This document shows, piece after piece, positions 47,113 through 52,104 of a stretch of DNA of 52,104 nt (the first letter of the stretch is position 1; every line of letters starts with the position of its first letter). The position numbers and the translations under genes are program-made. Source of the stretch: an uncultured Clostridia bacterium (GTDB taxonomy: Bacteria > Bacillota > Clostridia > Christensenellales > Aristaeellaceae). The DNA is taken from contig CANQGC010000001.1 of NCBI GenBank assembly GCA_947600345.1, positions 1-52,104 on the forward strand, written 5' to 3'. The notes under the pieces are model-generated. The model was not told the origin of the DNA. It did no database searches and was given only the letters and a program-made list of their open reading frames with translations.

Positions 47113-47958
47113 ATGAAAAAGGCAGTTCTCCGGTTTGTCATTGCGCTTCTGACGATCTCCGTCGCTCTCACCGTCTTGACCGGAATCGCACTTGCGGATG
47201 CGATCTACGCCTCCGGCGGCGATTCCTACATCCGCAGCCAGCCGAGCCTGTCCGGCGCGCAGGTGGGTCTCTTCCCGGAAGGCGCCGTGGCCAGCTACCT
47301 GGGCAACAGCTCGGTGGACAGCCGAGGCGTGACCTGGTACTACATCTCCTACAACGGCAAGACCGGTTGGGTGTCCTCCCGCTACACTTCCTTCTCCGGA
47401 AGCTACAGCGCGCCGAGCTACAGCGTGCCGAGCTACGTCGTTCCCGGCTACAGCGTCCCCAGCTACAGCAGCGGCACGATCTACGCCTCCGGCGGCGATT
47501 CCTACATCCGCAGTCAGCCGAGCCTGTCCGGCACGCAGCTCGGAACCTTCCCGGAGGGCGCGGCGGCCAGCTACCTGGGCAACAGCTCGGTGGACAGCCG
47601 GGGCGTGACCTGGTACTACATCTCCTACAACGGCAAGACGGGCTGGGTGTCCTCCCGCTACACCTCCTTCACCGGAGGCTACAGCTACAGCGTGCCGAGC
47701 TACGTCGTGCCCGGCTATGTCGTGCCCGGCTACAGCGTGCCCTCCTACAGCGGCAGCGTCGTGTATGGCTCCGGCGGCGACTCCTACATCCGCAGCCAGC
47801 CGAGCCTGTCCGGCACGCAGATCGGAACCCTTCCGGAGGGCGCGGCGGCCAGCTACCTGGGCAACAGCTCGGTGGACAGCCGAGGCGTGACCTGGTACTA
47901 CATCTCCTACAACGGCAAGACGGGCTGGGTGTCCTCTCGCTACACCTACCTGTCCTGA
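47113..47958 (+). CDS. secreted protein with three SH3b (bacterial SH3) repeats and Tyr/Ser/Pro/Val-rich linkers
   Basis: Signal peptide MKKAVLRFVIALLTISVALTVLTGIALA. Three units of GGDSYIRSQPSLSG...GNSSVDSRGVTWYYISYNGKTGWVSSRYT. Confidence 0.85.
   Translation: MKKAVLRFVIALLTISVALTVLTGIALADAIYASGGDSYIRSQPSLSGAQVGLFPEGAVASYLGNSSVDSRGVTWYYISYNGKTGWVSSRYTSFSGSYSAPSYSVPSYVVPGYSVPSYSSGTIYASGGDSYIRSQPSLSGTQLGTFPEGAAASYLGNSSVDSRGVTWYYISYNGKTGWVSSRYTSFTGGYSYSVPSYVVPGYVVPGYSVPSYSGSVVYGSGGDSYIRSQPSLSGTQIGTLPEGAAASYLGNSSVDSRGVTWYYISYNGKTGWVSSRYTYLS
47203..47952 (+). repeat. in-frame tandem DNA repeat (3 units, period about 276-282 bp) inside the SH3b gene
   Basis: Units start near 47203, 47479 and 47761, with long near-identical runs (e.g. 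TACATCCGCAGCCAGCCGAGCCTGTCCGGC). Confidence 0.85.
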
Positions 47959-47972
47959 TCGAAAATTTCAAA

Positions 47973-47999
47973 GGCGGTCGCGAAAGCGGCCGTCTTTTT
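47973..47999 (+). terminator. rho-independent terminator
   Basis: GGCGGTCGC-GAAA-GCGGCCGTC (two G-U pairs) followed by TTTTT. Confidence 0.65.
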
Positions 48000-48093
48000 G
48001 AACAAAAGTGCTCAACCGGTGCGCTATACTGATATCAGAAAGTGAATCGAGCGGACGCGCCGCCGATTCTACAAAAACAAGGAGGGGTTCATC

Positions 48094-48843
48094 ATGAAGA
48101 AACTGTTCACCAAGAAGCTCGCGCTCGCAATGCTGCTCTGCCTGCTGCTGACCGCCATCTCCGCCACGGCCCTGGCCGACGGCATCACCGCCGTGGAGGA
48201 GCACTGCTACATCCGCACCGCGCCGGGACTGAACGGGGAGATCATCTACACGGTGCCCGTCGGCGCGACGGCGACCTACCTGGGCGATACGTCGGTGGAC
48301 AATCGCGGCGTGACCTGGTACAAGGCCACCTACGACGGCGTCACCGGCTGGATGTCCGGCCTGCAGATCAGCCTGAGCTCCGACTACAGCTCCTATGACG
48401 ATTACGGTTACGACCTGATCGCCGTGGAGGAGCACTGCTACATCCGCACCGCGCCGGGGCTGAACGGGGAGATCATCTACACGGTGCCGGTGGGTGCGGC
48501 GGCGGCCTACCTGGGCGATACGTCGGAGGACAACCGCGGCGTGACCTGGTACAAGGCCGACTACAACGGCATCCGGGGCTGGATGTCCAGCCTGCAGGTC
48601 AAGCTGAGCTACGGCGGCTCCGCTGGCTCCGCCGGCGGTGTCATCACGGCCGTGGAGGAGCACTGCTACATCCGCACCGCGCCGGGGTTGAACGGCGAGA
48701 TCATCTACACGGTGCCGGTGGGCGGCAAGGCGACCTACCTGTACGATACGTCGGTGGACAATCGTGGCGTGACCTGGTACAAGGCCACCTACGACGGCGT
48801 CACCGGCTGGATGTCCGGCCTCCAAATCCGCACAAACTTTTGA
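48094..48843 (+). CDS. secreted protein with three SH3b repeats
   Basis: Signal peptide MKKLFTKKLALAMLLCLLLTAISATALA. Three units of AVEEHCYIRTAPGLNGEIIYTVPVG...DNRGVTWYKA.Y.G..GWMS.LQ. Confidence 0.85.
   Translation: MKKLFTKKLALAMLLCLLLTAISATALADGITAVEEHCYIRTAPGLNGEIIYTVPVGATATYLGDTSVDNRGVTWYKATYDGVTGWMSGLQISLSSDYSSYDDYGYDLIAVEEHCYIRTAPGLNGEIIYTVPVGAAAAYLGDTSEDNRGVTWYKADYNGIRGWMSSLQVKLSYGGSAGSAGGVITAVEEHCYIRTAPGLNGEIIYTVPVGGKATYLYDTSVDNRGVTWYKATYDGVTGWMSGLQIRTNF
48181..48831 (+). repeat. in-frame tandem DNA repeat (3 units, period about 225-234 bp) inside the SH3b gene
   Basis: Units start near 48181, 48415 and 48640, sharing GCCGTGGAGGAGCACTGCTACATCCGCACCGCGCCGGG. Confidence 0.85.
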
Positions 48844-49330
48844 CGGCGGGGCCGTCGGCCATCTGCTGCCGCGTTTAAGCGACGGACTTGGGGCCCGTAG
48901 ATTATGGGCCCCAAGTCCTGCGGTGCGTTTCTGAAGGAGCGATTGTACGAAGCACGACCTCTGGCCCCATAGATCCGAGGGCCAGAGGTCTTCGTTTGGG
49001 GAACGGGAGCTTGGCCTAAACGCGGCAGCAGAAGGGAGAATCCAAGGAACCTCAGGTTCCTTGGCAGGAATTCTTAAGGGACAGAGTCCCTTAAGCAGGT
49101 CTGGACGGAGTCCAGAACGGGTCCGGGCGGAGCCCAGCGTTACTCCTGCGGCCCGCGGTATTCAAATCATTGCTTGGGAATGCGAACCAAGGCTCCATCG
49201 CCTCCATACCGCGGGCCGCGCGAGGCGAGTTTTTGGAATGGGAAGCCAGAAGGCTTCCCATTCCAAAAGAGCAAACGGACGCTTCGCTTTGCCCGCCCTA
49301 ACGCTGCGACAGAACCAAACCTCGGCATTT
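48842..49330 (+). repeat. extragenic multi-hairpin element, copy 5 (full length, modules A+B)
   Basis: GACGGC-GGG-GCCGTC. 16-bp closing stem 48862-48877/49017-49032 around hairpins at 48884-48918 and 48956-48990. Palindromes at 49042-49064, 49073-49095 and 49100-49116, a 14-bp long-range stem 49148-49161/49206-49219, and a 17-bp hairpin at 49231-49268. Confidence 0.9.
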
Positions 49331-49493
49331 GCCAGAACAAGAAGGCTTTCCCCGATATTCTGAGTGCCATCCAGATTCCCGGAGGGCGCTCTTTTGTTTG
49401 CTCAGAAAACTCAAAAGTAGAGTATGGATTCAAAAAATAGACATAATAGCATGGTATTTAGCCATAAGTCGGCACAATATTAGCATTCTCCCA

Positions 49494-49522
49494 TTGCTAG
49501 TTAGCATCCCAAAAGCTACAAT
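49494..49522 (+). promoter_or_regulatory. candidate promoter for the small SH3b gene
   Basis: TTGCTA, 17-nt spacer, TACAAT, in an AT-rich tract. Confidence 0.45.
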
Positions 49523-49608
49523 ATACCCGTACCAAGGAAGCGCCAATCAAGCGGCGCTCCCCCAAGAATCCAGAATCCATACTTCCAATAATGAAAGGGG
49601 AATTTACC

Positions 49609-49914
49609 ATGAAGAACACTCTGAAGATTATGATCGCGATCATCCTGAGCCTGACTCTGATCCTTGGAACCGCCGCGCTGGCGTGCGACGAGGGCGGATA
49701 CTTCTACGGAGCCGTGGTCGCCACGGGCGGCGACAGCTACATTCGAGACGAACCGAACCTGAACGGAAGCATCCTCGGCAGCCTGGGCGAAGGTAGGACG
49801 GCGATCTTCTACGGATACAGCTCGTTTGACAGCCGCGGGGTAGAGTGGTACCTGATCGACACCGGCAGCACATTCGGCTGGGTGTCCTCCCGGTACACGA
49901 CGCTGTACTACTAA
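49609..49914 (+). CDS. small secreted protein with a single SH3b repeat
   Basis: AAAGGGGAA RBS then MKNTLKIMIAIILSLTLILGTAALA. GGDSYIRDEPNLNGS...SRGVEWYLI...GWVSSRYT. Confidence 0.75.
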   Translation: MKNTLKIMIAIILSLTLILGTAALACDEGGYFYGAVVATGGDSYIRDEPNLNGSILGSLGEGRTAIFYGYSSFDSRGVEWYLIDTGSTFGWVSSRYTTLYY

Positions 49915-49940
49915 TGATAGCAAGAGGGGGAAAGGAAGCG

Positions 49941-49968
49941 GAGGCCCGGAGCGAAAGCTCCGGGCCTC
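49941..49968 (+). terminator. terminator-like hairpin after the small SH3b gene
   Basis: GAGGCCCGGAGC-GAAA-GCTCCGGGCCTC, a 12-bp stem. The T tail is weak. Confidence 0.5.
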
Positions 49969-49992
49969 TATGTGTCGAGGAAGGCTTCGTGG

Positions 49993-50509
49993 TTTGGAGA
50001 ATGCCGGAGGTTTGGTTCAGGCGTGGCGTTCGGGCGTGGTAAAGCGAAGCGTCCGTTTGCTCTTTTGGAATGGGAAGCCCTGGGCTTCCCATTCCAAAAC
50101 TCGCTTCGCGCGGCCCGCGGTATGGAGGCGATGGGGCGTTGGTTCGCATTGCCGGGCAACGACTTGAATACCGCGGGCCGCCGGGGTGACGCCGGGCTCC
50201 GCCCGGACCCGCTGGGCTCCGCCCAGACCCGTTCTGGGCTCTGCCCAGACCTGCTTAAGGGACTCTGTCCCTTAAGAATTCCTGCCAAGGAACCTGAGGT
50301 TCCTTGGATTCTCCCTTCTGCTGCCGCGCTGTGAGCCAAACCCCCGTTCCCCAAACGAAGACCTCTGGCCCTCGGATCTATGGGGCCAGAGGTCGTGCCT
50401 CGTACTTCGCTCCCTACAGAAACGCACCGCAGGACTTTGGCCCCATAATCTACGGGGCCAAAGTCCGTCGCCCATACGCGGCAGCAGATGGCCGCCCGCA
50501 CTGCGGGCT
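49993..50509 (-). repeat. extragenic multi-hairpin element, copy 6 (full length, inverted orientation)
   Basis: The reverse complement aligns with copy 5 over about 480-500 nt, through all modules, with an extra TCTGGGC-type hairpin. The module A end (CATCTGCTGCCGCG on the minus strand, 50477-50490) faces the recA promoter. Confidence 0.9.
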
Positions 50510-50523
50510 GGTTCGCGAAAAAA

Positions 50524-50537
50524 TAAACGTGTGTTCG
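50524..50537. promoter_or_regulatory. possible LexA (Cheo-type SOS) box
   Basis: TAAACGTGTGTTCG versus CGAACRNRYGTTCG. The right half is perfect and the left half reads AAAC. It lies about 25 nt upstream of the recA -10. Confidence 0.35.
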
Positions 50538-50558
50538 ATATACTTCCGGGGAGGGATG

Positions 50559-50567
50559 TGTTATAAT
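50559..50567 (+). promoter_or_regulatory. extended -10 element of the recA promoter
   Basis: TGtTATAAT, 36 nt upstream of the recA ATG. No good -35. Confidence 0.5.
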
Positions 50568-50602
50568 AAGGAAAGGAAATTAACCATGGAGGTAGCAGAT
50601 AG

Positions 50603-51718
50603 ATGGCAGTGGATAAGAAGGCGGAAAAGAAGCCCGCGGAGAAAAAGTTTGGCGATGACCGCAAGAAGGCGCTGGAGATTGCGCTGGGTAAGATTGAGAA
50701 GGACTTCGGCAAGGGCTCGGTGATGAAGCTGGGCGCGGCGGCGGATCGCATGCAGGTGGAGGTCATCCCCACGGGCTCGCTGCAGCTGGACTTCGCGCTG
50801 GGCGTGGGCGGACTGCCGAAAGGGCGCATCATCGAGATCTACGGCCCGGAATCCTCCGGTAAGACCACCGTGGCGCTGCACTGCATCGCGGAGGCGCAGA
50901 AGCAGGGCGGCACGGCGGCGTTCATCGACGCGGAGCACGCGCTGGACCCGGTCTACGCGGAGCACCTGGGCGTGGACATCGACGAGCTCTACGTCGCCCA
51001 GCCGGACAACGGCGAGCAGGCGCTGGACATCTGCGAGGCGCTGGTGCGCTCGGGCGCGATCGACATCGTGGTCATCGACTCGGTGGCGGCGCTGGTGCCC
51101 AAGGCGGAGATCGAGGGCGACATGGGCGACAGCCACGTGGGCCTGCAGGCCAGATTGATGTCCCAGGCCCTGCGCAAGCTGGCGGGCGTGATCGCGAAGA
51201 CGAACGCCATTGCGATCTTCATCAACCAGCTGCGCGAGAAGGTGGGCGTGGTGTACGGCAATCCGGAGACGACGACGGGCGGCAAGGCTTTGAAGTTCTA
51301 CGCCTCGGTGCGGCTGGACATCCGCAAGGGCGAGCCGATCAAGGACGGCTCGGAGGTCATCGGCAACCGCACGAAGATCAAGGTGGTGAAGAACAAGGTT
51401 GCGCCGCCGTTCCGCTCCTGTGTGGTGGACATACTCTACGGCGAGGGCATCTCGGCCTCGGGCGAGCTACTGGATCTGGCCGTGGAGCGGGAGCTGATCA
51501 AGAAGTCGGGCGCGTACTACAGCTACAATGGCGAGCGGATCGGCCAGGGCCGCGACAATGCGCGCAAGTTCCTGATGGATCATCCGGACGTCTACGAGGC
51601 GCTGGAGAAGGCCATCCGCGAGTCCTTTGCCGCCACTCCCGCCGCGGAGCCCGCCATGACCATCGAGCCCATCGACGATCCCGACGACGACCTCGACGAC
51701 TTCGACCTCGACTCCTAG
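50603..51718 (+). CDS. recA: recombinase RecA
   Basis: Walker [10 protein letters not shown], with FIDAEHALD and [20 protein letters not shown]. Acidic C-terminal tail. Confidence 0.97.
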   Translation: MAVDKKAEKKPAEKKFGDDRKKALEIALGKIEKDFGKGSVMKLGAAADRMQVEVIPTGSLQLDFALGVGGLPKGRIIEIYGPESSGKTTVALHCIAEAQKQGGTAAFIDAEHALDPVYAEHLGVDIDELYVAQPDNGEQALDICEALVRSGAIDIVVIDSVAALVPKAEIEGDMGDSHVGLQARLMSQALRKLAGVIAKTNAIAIFINQLREKVGVVYGNPETTTGGKALKFYASVRLDIRKGEPIKDGSEVIGNRTKIKVVKNKVAPPFRSCVVDILYGEGISASGELLDLAVERELIKKSGAYYSYNGERIGQGRDNARKFLMDHPDVYEALEKAIRESFAATPAAEPAMTIEPIDDPDDDLDDFDLDS

Positions 51719-52104
51719 GCGGCAGTGCCGCCTTCCATCTGCTGCCGCGACTGGGCGACGGACTTTGGCCCCGTAGATTATGGGGCCAAAGTCCTGCGGT
51801 GCGTTTCTAAAGGAGCGATTGTGCAGAGCGACGAAATCCTGCCCCATAGATCCGAGGGCAGGATTTCTGCGTTTTGGCAATGGGACGCAGTGGGACAGCG
51901 CGGTAGCAGAGGGGAGAATCCAAGGAACCTCAGGTTCCTTGGCAGGTCTGGGCAGCGCCCAGCGTGGCCCCTGAGGCTGCGGTTTGTAGGCGGCTGCGGG
52001 TTGAGGAGAAAAGGCAACGCCCAGCAGGCGGCAGCAGAAGGGAGAATCCAAGGAACCTCAGGTTCCTTGGCAGGTCTGGGCAGCGCCCAGCGTAGCCCCT
52101 GAGG
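51719..52104 (+). repeat. extragenic multi-hairpin element, copy 7 (module A plus two tandem short module-B units; truncated by the window end)
   Basis: GGCGGCA-G-TGCCGCC. Closing stem 51738-51749/51899-51910 (one G-U pair) around hairpins at 51760-51794 and 51833-51867. GGAGAATCCAAGGAACCTCAGGTTCCTTGGCAGGTCTGGGCAGCGCCCAGCGT occurs twice (from 51912 and from 52041). Confidence 0.85.

Noticed and set aside
48897-48905. GTAGAT in the hairpin loops resembling the 3' end of Cas12a-type CRISPR repeats
   Set aside because: This is only a 6-nt coincidence. The surrounding sequence and context (a loop of a GC stem, no array, no cas12a) do not fit.
48842-52104. CRISPR array as an explanation for the recurring hairpin repeats
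   Set aside because: The repeats are not short identical units separated by unique spacers of uniform length. They are long modular elements scattered after different genes, and no cas genes are present.

Overview
Visibly GC-rich Gram-positive (Clostridia-like, by inference) chromosomal window with GGAGG-type RBSs, a CIRCE operator and canonical parS sites. It spans the replication origin: dnaA-dnaN with DnaA boxes on both sides of dnaA, and three perfect parS palindromes about 10.6-11.6 kb away. From the left: a sugar-acid locus (uxaB, Zn-ADH, two convergent TRAP transporters, HpcH-family aldolase, DHDPS-family enzyme, GntR regulator, YhcH-like protein); a BMP-type ABC importer with no binding-protein gene; an OmpR/HK two-component pair; a cysteine hydrolase; mnmE-dnaN-dnaA; a TlpA / small CXXC / polyferredoxin redox operon; housekeeping genes (polysaccharide deacetylase, M24 peptidase, dCMP deaminase, groES-groEL, MBL hydrolase, radical SAM, metallophosphoesterase, cvpA, ftsK, rimO, pgsA); a probable G1P dehydrogenase; three SH3b-only secreted paralogs; and recA. 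The most unusual signal is noncoding. A seven-copy family of modular multi-hairpin extragenic elements (up to ~490 nt) sits 10-20 nt after stop codons. Loop sequences are conserved while stems differ between copies but stay complementary. Modules are present or absent between copies, and two ~480-500 nt copies lie in inverted orientation around a small, lower-GC SH3b gene just upstream of recA. I saw no CRISPR array, tRNA, rRNA, transposase or recognisable defence system. Most long ORFs in the track are antisense or shadow ORFs typical of GC-rich DNA.
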